The position numbers were made by a program, and so were the translations under genes. The notes below the pieces were generated by a model. That model was not told where the DNA came from. It ran no database searches and saw nothing but the letters and a program-made list of their open reading frames with translations. DNA of 64,000 nucleotides from a virus, in IMG/VR virus record IMGVR_UViG_3300031952_000013, positions 20,861-84,860 of that record; one strand, 5' to 3'. Shown one piece after another: positions 27,186 through 36,372 of this stretch (position 1 is the stretch's first letter; each line of letters starts with the position of its first letter).

Positions 27186-27917
27186 ATGCATGATAAAAAA
27201 GAATGGAATCCTGAGCATTTTGATGTCAATTATTATGAGAGGAGTGAGAAAACTCCTTATGGTGGTTTCCAGGTTCCGTATACATGGGAAAACTTTAAGA
27301 ATCATGCTTACGCCAAAATCGCCTTTATTAGGAAGTATTTTGGTGGATTTGACATAAAGACAATCTTGTTCGGAGGTTGTGCTAAGGGATTTGAAGTGAG
27401 GGCAGCTAAAGAACTAGGTTACGACGCTTATGGGATTGATATATCAGAGTATGCTCTGGTTCATGCAGACCCGTCGGTGCTGTCTCAATGCACTCTTGGG
27501 TCTATTACTGATTTATCTAAGTTTTATAAGGATGATTCGTTTGATTTATTTGCTTCATTTGATGCGTGGCATACGATTCATCCTGATGAAAGGGAACAGG
27601 CAGCTAAAGAGATAAGTCGAATCACCAAGAAAGGTATTCTAATACGGACGGGGTTTTGTTCTGGTAAACAAGTTGGATTTATTTCATACGATGGTGACGT
27701 TGAATATATAGACCCTGAATTTAACGGTACGTATGACGGTAATCCGTCTTATCAGGATTCGATTGGTCTGTTCTTCAGACGGTTTGAAGAATTGGGTAAG
27801 TTTGCAGGTTTCTTTTCCCCTGTAGTCTGGGATAGGGATTACTTCATTTGGTACAGTCTGTGTCGTTCTGGTAATGACATGTTACGCAAGAATTATGGGG
27901 CAGGTGGTGGAGTTTGA
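27186..27917 (+). CDS. class I SAM-dependent methyltransferase
   Basis: ILFGGCAKG, YGIDIS, GSITDL..DDSFDL motifs. Confidence 0.85.
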   Translation: MHDKKEWNPEHFDVNYYERSEKTPYGGFQVPYTWENFKNHAYAKIAFIRKYFGGFDIKTILFGGCAKGFEVRAAKELGYDAYGIDISEYALVHADPSVLSQCTLGSITDLSKFYKDDSFDLFASFDAWHTIHPDEREQAAKEISRITKKGILIRTGFCSGKQVGFISYDGDVEYIDPEFNGTYDGNPSYQDSIGLFFRRFEELGKFAGFFSPVVWDRDYFIWYSLCRSGNDMLRKNYGAGGGV

Positions 27918-28858
27918 TTAAGACCATTGTAGTTAAGGGTTATCAGAGCCTCTATGACATCTCTCTGGAGATGGGGAAGTTCACAGTAATTTATGGTGAG
28001 TCAGATGTCGGCAAAAGTAGTTTATACCGGGCGATCAGGGGTCTGCTGACGACTGAAAGCGGGGATGCATTCATTTCTAGGGGGGAGAAAGGTGCTTTTG
28101 TCTCTCTGACGCTAGATTCAGGGGAGAAGGTTACTTGGGTTAAGAGGCGGGGTCAGAGCAGTGAATATACTCTGGGTAATCAAATTTACAGGCGGTCCAA
28201 GCAAATTCCAGACGAGATTGCGAAGGTGTTGAGGATTGCACCGATTGTTGTGGATGGTGACAAATTTTATCCCAATCTCAGGGGTCAGTTTGATAGTCTA
28301 TTTCTGTTGTTTGATTCATCGTTGAAGAGGGCAAGGGTTCTGGGTTCTTTGATTTCCAATATTCTGTTAACTGGTATCCGTCAAGTTAACTTAGAGAGGA
28401 ATCGGAACGAAGCCGATATTAGGGCAGCAGGAGATTTGAAGCAATCTTTAGAGGATAGAGTGAGTCAGAACTGGGATGGTCTACTTAGAGAGACGGATAC
28501 TTTAAAACAGACTTTGGTTGTGGCTAGAAAGATTCTTGACCGGATTGAAGAGATTAGAGTTGTAGTAGAGGAAATGGAGACGCTCAAACCCTATGAGTCT
28601 TTGATTTATGCTCTTTTGAACGAGAAAGATTTAGTGAACTTGGTTGAATTACTTGACAGGTATAGCGAGATTGCTGAGGTAGTTGCGGAAGTTTCTGGTG
28701 AAAAGAGTTCACTTGAGAGGAATGAATTTTTGATGGGAAAGGTAGAAAAGGACAGGGATGGGGCTAAGATTCTGTTGGATGATATGAAAGAAAAACTGAC
28801 AATTACCTGTCCGAATTGTAAGCGCCCGATTTCGTTGGTGGAGATGGGAATTGACTGA
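27914..28858 (+). CDS. SbcC/Rad50-like ATPase, N-terminal half
   Basis: KGYQSL, Walker A GESDVGKS, Q-loop GQFD, coiled coil ending in Zn-hook CPNC; lacks signature and Walker B. Confidence 0.85.
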   Translation: MIKTIVVKGYQSLYDISLEMGKFTVIYGESDVGKSSLYRAIRGLLTTESGDAFISRGEKGAFVSLTLDSGEKVTWVKRRGQSSEYTLGNQIYRRSKQIPDEIAKVLRIAPIVVDGDKFYPNLRGQFDSLFLLFDSSLKRARVLGSLISNILLTGIRQVNLERNRNEADIRAAGDLKQSLEDRVSQNWDGLLRETDTLKQTLVVARKILDRIEEIRVVVEEMETLKPYESLIYALLNEKDLVNLVELLDRYSEIAEVVAEVSGEKSSLERNEFLMGKVEKDRDGAKILLDDMKEKLTITCPNCKRPISLVEMGID

Positions 28859-29792
28859 GATATTGTTCTGGTCGGACCCCCATAATTCTGATACTCCCCC
28901 CCGTATGCGTAAGGATTCTTATTGTGAGGATATTCTTGCGAAGCAGGAGAAGATTGCCGAGTTGTCTAAGGGATATGATTTAGTTATTTGTGGTGGGGAC
29001 GTTTTTCACCAGAAAAGGGCTGACAGGATATCGTATCGTTTGGTGAACAGGTTGTGTGAGATTTATCGAGAGATGGGTAATCTGATTATCGTTCCTGGTA
29101 ATCATGATGTTGAGACAAGGTGGGATTTCAAAGTGCGCCCTTTGGGAATTCTGTCTCATCTTCCAAATGTAAGGTTGAGCCACGCGGAGTCTATTGAATT
29201 TGATGATTTTGTTATGCTGACGTATGGGGGGGCAGAATTCTTCCCTGAGGTAGAGTTTTTGAGTTGGTTAGAGGGTGAGTCTAGGTTGATTACTGTTAGA
29301 GATAAGAGACACAGGGTAGGGGTGTTTCATCAGGGTATTGGAAATACGGCATGGAATTTGCCTTTTCCTATGATTGATGCAAGGAAAGTTGAAAACTGGG
29401 TGGATTTTGGACTTATCGGTCATATTCACAGCCATGTAGGGTATGTTAGCGCAGGAAAGTTGTACTGTGCGGGGGCAATCAGCCGTGGTTCACTGACCGG
29501 TGATGAGGTGGATAGGCCGGTTTGTTATATGCATGTGGAGATTGGGAAAGACCAAATTTCCTGTGGTTTGCAGGAATTACCTATTAAAATGGGGGAGGAA
29601 GTTTTCAAGATTTCCGAGCGGATGGCTGAAAAAAAGACAGAGGCGGGGGTCAATCAATTTCTGTCTTACATAGAATCGTTTGACCTGCCCAAATCTATGA
29701 GTGCAGAGGAGATTATTTCCTATATCGAGTCCAATACAGAGATTGACAAGAAGGTTGCTCATAAGGCTGTGAGTGTCCTGAGGGGTTTGTGA
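28851..29792 (+). CDS. SbcD/Mre11-like metallophosphoesterase nuclease
   Basis: SDPH, GGDVFH, PGNHD, FHQ, GHIH. Confidence 0.9.
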   Translation: MTEILFWSDPHNSDTPPRMRKDSYCEDILAKQEKIAELSKGYDLVICGGDVFHQKRADRISYRLVNRLCEIYREMGNLIIVPGNHDVETRWDFKVRPLGILSHLPNVRLSHAESIEFDDFVMLTYGGAEFFPEVEFLSWLEGESRLITVRDKRHRVGVFHQGIGNTAWNLPFPMIDARKVENWVDFGLIGHIHSHVGYVSAGKLYCAGAISRGSLTGDEVDRPVCYMHVEIGKDQISCGLQELPIKMGEEVFKISERMAEKKTEAGVNQFLSYIESFDLPKSMSAEEIISYIESNTEIDKKVAHKAVSVLRGL

Positions 29793-30604
29793 TGAAGTTA
29801 TTTGAAACGACGCTTTCTTATACGTTTCTCTCAACCTACCAGAAGTGCCATCGTCGGGCTTGGTTGCAGTACGTTAAGAAGGTTGTTCCGCCTGAGAAGG
29901 TCAATCAGAGGCCGTTTATCGTGGGAATTTGCGCAGACTGGTTGTTTAAGAAGTGGGTTGCTGGTGGCTACCACTCCGATTGGATGGAGCAAGAAGCCAG
30001 GGGAATCTTTGAATGGTTTTCTACAAAAAGAGTGATTCGTTACCTAGATGGTTCAGATAAAGAGAAACTCATCCTCAAGTTGACTATGGCGGTGAAAGAC
30101 CTACAACAGGCTGCTTTAGACGAGAAGTTTCCTGATAGGGTGCTTAATCTTCAGAAAGAACTTAGGGTAGACTATAATCAATTTGTTATGTCAGGTAAGT
30201 TAGACATCTGGTTTCCTGAGGAGAAAGCTATCTGCGATTTGAAGATAACATCGTCTATGAAGTACCTGGATAGTTTTCAACTGAGGTATTTTGCGTGGCT
30301 GATGGAGCGTAAACACACTATTTTTGTTGAGAAACTCACGTTTCTCTCTCCTATGATGAGGCCGTATCTCAAGGAGGTTTCTTGGTTGCCTAATGATAAG
30401 ACAGAGTTTGACCTTCTGTTGTTTGACGTTCTGGGGCGGATTGCGTCGAATGATTGGTCTATAACAACTAAGGATTGCTGGAGTTGCCCTGTGGCATCCT
30501 TCTGCGAAGAGTTTACTGTGGAGGCTGAGAGAACGAAATCAGCTTCTGGTGGATTTAAGATAAAAATAGGAGTAGAAGATGGAGGTATCGAAGAAGAGTT
30601 ATAA
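29789..30604 (+). CDS. PD-(D/E)xK nuclease (RecB/Cas4-like)
   Basis: LSYT...YQKC, GKLD...ICDLK, QLRYF, C-terminal CWSCP...C. Confidence 0.85.
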   Translation: MMKLFETTLSYTFLSTYQKCHRRAWLQYVKKVVPPEKVNQRPFIVGICADWLFKKWVAGGYHSDWMEQEARGIFEWFSTKRVIRYLDGSDKEKLILKLTMAVKDLQQAALDEKFPDRVLNLQKELRVDYNQFVMSGKLDIWFPEEKAICDLKITSSMKYLDSFQLRYFAWLMERKHTIFVEKLTFLSPMMRPYLKEVSWLPNDKTEFDLLLFDVLGRIASNDWSITTKDCWSCPVASFCEEFTVEAERTKSASGGFKIKIGVEDGGIEEEL

Positions 30605-30872
30605 CGCGCTCTTGGCTCACTATCGGGAATTAGAGACGACGTTAGCCACTCTGTCGGGGAGAAAAGAGGAAGCCACGAAGAGGCTTAACACTTTAGAGGG
30701 GCAGTTAGAGAAGTTGACGAAAGGAATGGATGTTGATGAGGTGTTGGCGAGGTTGGAAAAAGAAGCGGAAGTGAGGATTGACACGCTAAGGGCCAAGGTG
30801 GTAGAATTGGAGCGGCTAGTGGCTGATTTTAAGGTTTCTAAAATTAACAATGATTTTGATGTGGAGGTTTAG
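30579..30872 (+). CDS. coiled-coil protein
   Basis: Heptad-rich 97 aa. Confidence 0.65.
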   Translation: MEVSKKSYNALLAHYRELETTLATLSGRKEEATKRLNTLEGQLEKLTKGMDVDEVLARLEKEAEVRIDTLRAKVVELERLVADFKVSKINNDFDVEV

Positions 30873-31964
30873 ATGAAGTTTATTATTCGCAGACCGTTTT
30901 TGTTGGCGTTATTGGAGAAAGCCTGGACTGTGACTATCGGGGGTACTCTTTCTACAACTAAGGGTTTTTACTTTGTCCAGAAAGACGATACCCTGACGGT
31001 TGCTCGTACTGACAGTATCTTGAGTGCGGTGGCTTCTACTAATGTGGTTAATTGGGTGAATAAAGAAGCTCCCAACGAATTCCTTGTGGATGCCGAAAAG
31101 TTCCTCCGGCTGATTAGAGGTCTTGCTTGCGATGAGGTTTCTCTTTCAGTTGAGGATAATGAAATTGCGATTTCTGGAGACAACTTCAATGCAGAGTGGC
31201 TCCTGTTCGATTTAAAAGACTTTCCGAAATTGCCTGTGTATCACAGGGAGATGAGCCTAGAAGTGCCTACAATCGAGTTTGTGGGGGCAGTAGACAGGAT
31301 TCGCTACGCTGCGTCGATTGAATCCCTGACTTCTGCTTATAAACAGATTTACTTTGAGAACGGGGCATGTTGGGCGACTGATGGTTATAACTACCAGGCT
31401 GTTGAAACTAAAATTACACTCCCAAATCAAGTTGCTCTGCCTCTTATCGGATTGGATGTTGTAAAGTTTTTGCGTCTCTCAGGTGTCAGTTCGTTCTTTT
31501 TGTCGTGGGATGATGACCACTACTATTTTATGATAGGGAATGACGCTTTTGTATGTCGGCGATCTCCGGTTCAACCTCCTAATCCTTTATTGGATTTCTA
31601 CGGTAAGTTGAGTATGGAGTATCATAAACTTCCCTATTTCACTTTTGAAGTCAGATTGCTTCGCCGGATTGTTGAGAGAGTGGCTATTACCGGTAGTTTT
31701 TCTAACAAACGAATCTGGTTTCATGTGACTCCTACAACTTTGACTATCAATGGGGTCGATGAGGACGGGAATTCCAGTTCAGAGGTGCTTATTATCACTT
31801 TAAATGGAGATAAGACAGATAGAACGCTTGGGATTCACTACGAAATGCTACTGTCTGCGTTAGCTTCTGTGAGGAAGGAATCAGCCAATTTTAGATTCAA
31901 CAAGAATCATTTTCTTATTACGTCGGAGGATAGTACAGCTATTCTCCCCTTGTTGAAAAAATGA
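30873..31964 (+). CDS. dnaN: DNA polymerase III beta sliding clamp
   Basis: 363 aa three-domain size; ARTD, DFPKLP, ATDGY, C-terminal AILPL. Confidence 0.88.
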   Translation: MKFIIRRPFLLALLEKAWTVTIGGTLSTTKGFYFVQKDDTLTVARTDSILSAVASTNVVNWVNKEAPNEFLVDAEKFLRLIRGLACDEVSLSVEDNEIAISGDNFNAEWLLFDLKDFPKLPVYHREMSLEVPTIEFVGAVDRIRYAASIESLTSAYKQIYFENGACWATDGYNYQAVETKITLPNQVALPLIGLDVVKFLRLSGVSSFFLSWDDDHYYFMIGNDAFVCRRSPVQPPNPLLDFYGKLSMEYHKLPYFTFEVRLLRRIVERVAITGSFSNKRIWFHVTPTTLTINGVDEDGNSSSEVLIITLNGDKTDRTLGIHYEMLLSALASVRKESANFRFNKNHFLITSEDSTAILPLLKK

Positions 31965-32605
31965 GTGAATTAGGCGACTTGGAAAAGAGGCTGGAGTTTA
32001 TTTCTAGCCTTATTACTAGAAATAAAATTGAGAAGGACGTTAATGAGAAAACGATGGTTCGTCTTGATCTGACTATGGAGGATAAGAGAGAGTCTAACGA
32101 GACTCTTCTCAAGGTAGCTGAGTTGTTTAAGTCTTTGGGTGGGTCACATGAGAAAGACCTGTTGGATAAACTTAGCAAATTTGTTAACTATGGGTTGGTG
32201 GTGGTGTTTGGTGGTCATGGGATTTTCGTTCCTGCCATGTCTCTTGACGGTAAGGATATCAGAGTAGATTTCTTTATCGAAGTGGAAGGCAGCCTTTGTG
32301 GTATTGCAGACGCTAAGGGAGGGGGAGTCGCAGAGGTTGTGAGCATTCTTCTTCAGCTTTTCTTCATGGTGGTAATGAGAGGTCAGGGGGTTGGTGATGT
32401 GCTGATAATGGATACGGCTCTTGTGCATCTTTCTGACCAGTATCACGAGAGGATGTCGGCTCTGTTGAAGGAGCTTTGCGATAAGTTAAACATTCAAATT
32501 ATCCTGATGATTCACTCGATGGCTTTCGGTAAATACGCTGACAAATTGTATCTGTTTAGACAAGAGGAAGGAAAGACGATAGTGACGGAGGAAATGAGTG
32601 GATAA
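31961..32605 (+). CDS. SbcC/Rad50-like ATPase, C-terminal half
   Basis: Coiled coil, then signature-like AKGGG, Walker B VLIMD and H-loop QIILMIHS. Confidence 0.8.
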   Translation: MSELGDLEKRLEFISSLITRNKIEKDVNEKTMVRLDLTMEDKRESNETLLKVAELFKSLGGSHEKDLLDKLSKFVNYGLVVVFGGHGIFVPAMSLDGKDIRVDFFIEVEGSLCGIADAKGGGVAEVVSILLQLFFMVVMRGQGVGDVLIMDTALVHLSDQYHERMSALLKELCDKLNIQIILMIHSMAFGKYADKLYLFRQEEGKTIVTEEMSG

Positions 32606-32751
32606 TAAAAGGTTTGGTTTTACACCTTGTTTTGTGAAAAGTTTTAAAGGATTTGATACGGCTGGACAACCTGTATTTGAGATGTCCTGTATCTGTCCCG
32701 AGTGTTTGGGGAGAACAACTCCCATCCACCCTTGGGTTGAGGAGAAGAAAG

Positions 32752-33264
32752 ATGAGCGAAGTGAGCCTGACGGGAAACGCTAAACTTATTAGGCTTTCTA
32801 CTAAACCGTTTAAAATTTTGGCTTTAGATTTAGGGACTCATTGTGGATGGGCAGTATCAACTCCTTGTTCTGTGGTTGAAAGTGGGGTGCAGATGTTTGA
32901 TTTGCGGAGGGGAGAAAGTCCTGGGATGCGGTTTATCAGATTTAATAAATGGTTATCTGAGATGTTGATTAATGTGTTTCCAGATATGGTTGTTTATGAG
33001 ACGATGTTTGCTTGTCGTGGTCCTGCTCTTGAAGTTTTATTGGGTATGTATACTAGGATACAGGAACAATGTGCTATGAAGAGTATTCCTTACGCTGGTA
33101 TGAACGCGATGACACTGAAGAAGCGGGCTGCGGGAAGTGGTAAAGCATCTAAAGACATGATGATGAAGGCGGCTTCCGAATTTATAGGCCATCTAATTTT
33201 AGATGATAATGAAGCAGACGCAATTATGCTTTTAAAAATTGCTATGGAAGACTATGCTACATGA
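32752..33264 (+). CDS. RuvC-like Holliday junction resolvase
   Basis: ILALDLG..GWA, VVYE, LKK.A.GSGKASK, DNEADAI. Confidence 0.88.
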   Translation: MSEVSLTGNAKLIRLSTKPFKILALDLGTHCGWAVSTPCSVVESGVQMFDLRRGESPGMRFIRFNKWLSEMLINVFPDMVVYETMFACRGPALEVLLGMYTRIQEQCAMKSIPYAGMNAMTLKKRAAGSGKASKDMMMKAASEFIGHLILDDNEADAIMLLKIAMEDYAT

Positions 33265-33829
33265 AGAATGGTATTCAATTTATCAGAAGGCGGTGTGGGG
33301 CTGTGAAGCCTGTTCCGCTAGGCATGAGTGTACCCGACCGGTTCCTGGTGAGGGAGATTTAAATTCGTCTTTTTTGGTTGTTGGTAGGAACCCAGGTAAG
33401 AACGAAGATATTCTAGGGCAGCCCTTTGTTGGACCTGCTGGTGAGGTGCTGGATAAGTTTTTGGAATTGTGTGGCGTGTCACGGAGTAAAGGTTGTTTCA
33501 TCACAAATATGTGCTTATGTCATACCAGAGAGGATAGGTTTTTATCTAAGGAAGAGGTGAAGACCTGTGTTAAGGGATTTTTAATACCGACTTTGGTTCA
33601 GTTGAAGCCGAAGGTCGTTATGGTATGTGGGACGCAGCCAAATTATTTTATAAACGGTATCAAGAAACCGTCTCATCATCATGGTGAACTGTTTGAGCAT
33701 AGGTCAGGATTCCACACTATCTGTAGTCTTCATCCGGCAGCAGTTTGTTACAATCCCGACTTGTGGGTTAGATTTGAGGTTCTGGCTCCGGTTGTCAAGA
33801 GGTTACTAGATGATAATACGGTCTCCTGA
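33254..33829 (+). CDS. family 4-like uracil-DNA glycosylase ([4Fe-4S])
   Basis: CEAC, VPGEG, VGRNPG..ED..G.PFVGPAG, ITN..LC, LHPAA. Confidence 0.88.
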   Translation: MLHEEWYSIYQKAVWGCEACSARHECTRPVPGEGDLNSSFLVVGRNPGKNEDILGQPFVGPAGEVLDKFLELCGVSRSKGCFITNMCLCHTREDRFLSKEEVKTCVKGFLIPTLVQLKPKVVMVCGTQPNYFINGIKKPSHHHGELFEHRSGFHTICSLHPAAVCYNPDLWVRFEVLAPVVKRLLDDNTVS

Positions 33830-36347
33830 GGAAGTTGAAGATTTTTTAACCCGACACAAGTTTGATTTTGGCGATTTGCCGCACGTATATTTAGGCCAAG
33901 AAGACGGGAGTTTTCATAAGGATTGGGGTTTAGCCAAATATAAGATTCTTTTCTCGATGCTATGGCGGTATCAGGATAGTCGTGGGAATCAAACTGTTCC
34001 ACTTCTCTATCAGATTATAAATGAGTGGCGACCAGGAGAAGTTCTGATGGAGAGGGCCAATGTACCTGAGACAGAGGAACACTATAAACTTTTCCGTAAA
34101 TATCAGATTCCTCTGTTCGGTGTGGAATCAAAGCACAGTGCAGGGGGCTACGATATGATAATGACCTCCCTTAGTTATGTTCCGGTCTGGTGGAATTTCC
34201 CCCTAATGTTGAAACTTAGTGGGATTCCAGTTCTTCAGAAAGATCGTTCTGATGAAGGGCAGTATCCTTTAATCATGGTTGGTGGTTCGTCTGTCTATGG
34301 TAACTTTGGGTTGGTGTTTCCTGTAGTTGACATAATCTATTTTGGTGACGCTGAAGATGAAGAAGATGGAGGGGTTTTGCATTTATTGGATTACATTATG
34401 GAGTTGAGGGGCCATGGGTTACAAAATTCGGAGGTTCTAGATGCTATTCAACCTAACTTCCCTTATATCATGTGCCCCAGGTTCTACACTCCTCACTATG
34501 AGAAAGAAAAGTTTACAGGATGGACATCGGCTCCGTCCAAGTTTCCCAAGAAGTTTGTCGTTAGGAAATGCAAAAATCTGGATGCGGTTCCTAAGTACAC
34601 GAAGCCAATTCTCTCCTATACTGATAATACGATGGGTCTGGGTGAAGTGGAGATTTCCAGGGGTTGTCGTGGGATGTGTGCCTTTTGTGGTATCGGATGG
34701 AAGTACCGTCCATATCGGGAACGGTCTGTGGAAGTTATGGTTGAAGCTCTGACTACGAATAAGCGAAACTCTGGGGCGGTTTCGTTATGTCCTATCGCAA
34801 CGGAATTTGCGTACTACTCACACAAACGCAAGTTAATTAACGAACTTGCCAAGCACAGCCGGTATGTTGACCCTCTTTCCATGAGGATAGATGCTTTTGC
34901 AAGCGACGAAGAATTTGATATTTTCCTGAGGAAATTGTGTATGAATCAAGTGGCTCTGGGAGTGGAAGGAGTTTCTCAAAGACTTAGGAATAGAATGATG
35001 AAGGGAATTTCTGAGGAGGAGATTCTGAAGGCTTGTAAGATTGCGATTGAGGCTGGTTTTGACAGGGCCAAGTTTTTTATGATTGCAAATACGGACGAGA
35101 CTTGGGAAGATTTTGAGGAGTTCTTTTCTCTCTTAAAGAAGGTTGTGGATATGAAGAACAGAGCTAGGTCTCGATTAAAGATTAGGGCTTCGTGGACTCC
35201 GCTTTTTGTGGAGGCTTGCACCCCGCTACAATGGAAGAGTCCTACGATTCTACAAGACAATATTGATTGGAAACAGGTATACAACAGGTTGAAAGAACTC
35301 GGTATTGAGATGAAGTACGGGGTGAAACGCAATTATAAATTTATGCGGGTTTCTCAGGCTATGCATATTGGAGATACTCGGTTTGCTGAAGCAGTTGCTC
35401 TGGCAGCAGAGGAATCTGATAGGCCATTCTATTCGGGGTTTGATGATAAGTGCATCCCTAGACTTGAAAAATATATGGAGCAGACTGGTTATTCTTGGGA
35501 TTATATGCTCAGAGAGAAGACCGAAGATGAGGAGTTTATATGGGATGTTGTTGACAGGGGGGTCAAGAAAGAGACTTTATTGAAGTTGTGGAAGAAGATT
35601 AAATCAGGGGAGATGGATATGAAGAAAGTCAAGATTGTTCCTACAATGGATAATTGTGAACTGACAAAGACTCTCTATAACGAACAGGAAGCATTCTTTT
35701 GGGCTGTAGTGAAGTACAGGGTTTCTAAAGGATTGGATACGGTTCCCAATGCTTACTGGACGGCACACATAAGCAGGGCTGGTTTGAGGAGCGGGGTCCC
35801 CCTGGCAGTGAATAAGATTCACTTCTTTAGTAATCACGATAATGGAAACTGGTATGGAGGATTTGATTATATCGGTATTGGTTTAAGAAGCACACCATCC
35901 CCTGATAGTTGGTCTAAATTTTGTTCTGAGTTACAGCCGTTGGAGTATCAGAATGTATTGTGGTTACTAAATATGAAACCTACGTGGAGCGATCTGGTTA
36001 GTTCCTACCGGGTTGAGACTGACATTTCTCCTGCGGAGTGGGCAAAGTACAGAATCAAATTTGATGAAGCTGATAAGGTTACTGTGCGGAATAAAGAAAC
36101 AAGATATTTTTCTGGTGCGTGGAGGCAGTTGGTTGATTTGAAAGAAATCAAGTATATTGATGTTCAGGTTTCTGCCGATGTTGCTCCTACGATTATTCTG
36201 AATATCTATATGAGCCATGAGGTAGGGATTAGGTTTGCCCTAGTTGGTCTCCTTCCTGGGGTTTCATCTCGTCGGATAAAGAAGTTTCTGGTTGAGAAAA
36301 CGGGTTTACACAGGGTAAAAGATTGGGCGGTGCAGGAGAGTTTCTGA
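33810..36347 (+). CDS. TIGR03960-like radical SAM protein fused to a DUF2344-like domain
   Basis: EISRGCRGMCAFC (CxxxCxxC); N-terminal PLFGVES..LSGIP..GG..GDAE; GVEGVSQRLR; C-terminal ISRAGLRSGVPLA resembles TIGR03936/DUF2344. Confidence 0.85.
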   Translation: MIIRSPEEVEDFLTRHKFDFGDLPHVYLGQEDGSFHKDWGLAKYKILFSMLWRYQDSRGNQTVPLLYQIINEWRPGEVLMERANVPETEEHYKLFRKYQIPLFGVESKHSAGGYDMIMTSLSYVPVWWNFPLMLKLSGIPVLQKDRSDEGQYPLIMVGGSSVYGNFGLVFPVVDIIYFGDAEDEEDGGVLHLLDYIMELRGHGLQNSEVLDAIQPNFPYIMCPRFYTPHYEKEKFTGWTSAPSKFPKKFVVRKCKNLDAVPKYTKPILSYTDNTMGLGEVEISRGCRGMCAFCGIGWKYRPYRERSVEVMVEALTTNKRNSGAVSLCPIATEFAYYSHKRKLINELAKHSRYVDPLSMRIDAFASDEEFDIFLRKLCMNQVALGVEGVSQRLRNRMMKGISEEEILKACKIAIEAGFDRAKFFMIANTDETWEDFEEFFSLLKKVVDMKNRARSRLKIRASWTPLFVEACTPLQWKSPTILQDNIDWKQVYNRLKELGIEMKYGVKRNYKFMRVSQAMHIGDTRFAEAVALAAEESDRPFYSGFDDKCIPRLEKYMEQTGYSWDYMLREKTEDEEFIWDVVDRGVKKETLLKLWKKIKSGEMDMKKVKIVPTMDNCELTKTLYNEQEAFFWAVVKYRVSKGLDTVPNAYWTAHISRAGLRSGVPLAVNKIHFFSNHDNGNWYGGFDYIGIGLRSTPSPDSWSKFCSELQPLEYQNVLWLLNMKPTWSDLVSSYRVETDISPAEWAKYRIKFDEADKVTVRNKETRYFSGAWRQLVDLKEIKYIDVQVSADVAPTIILNIYMSHEVGIRFALVGLLPGVSSRRIKKFLVEKTGLHRVKDWAVQESF

Positions 36348-36372
36348 TGACTAAAGTTGAAGGAAGGTTGGA

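Noticed and set aside
29789-30604. Cas4 as evidence of CRISPR-Cas
   Set aside because: Stand-alone PD-(D/E)xK nucleases are common in phage recombination modules; no other cas genes or array
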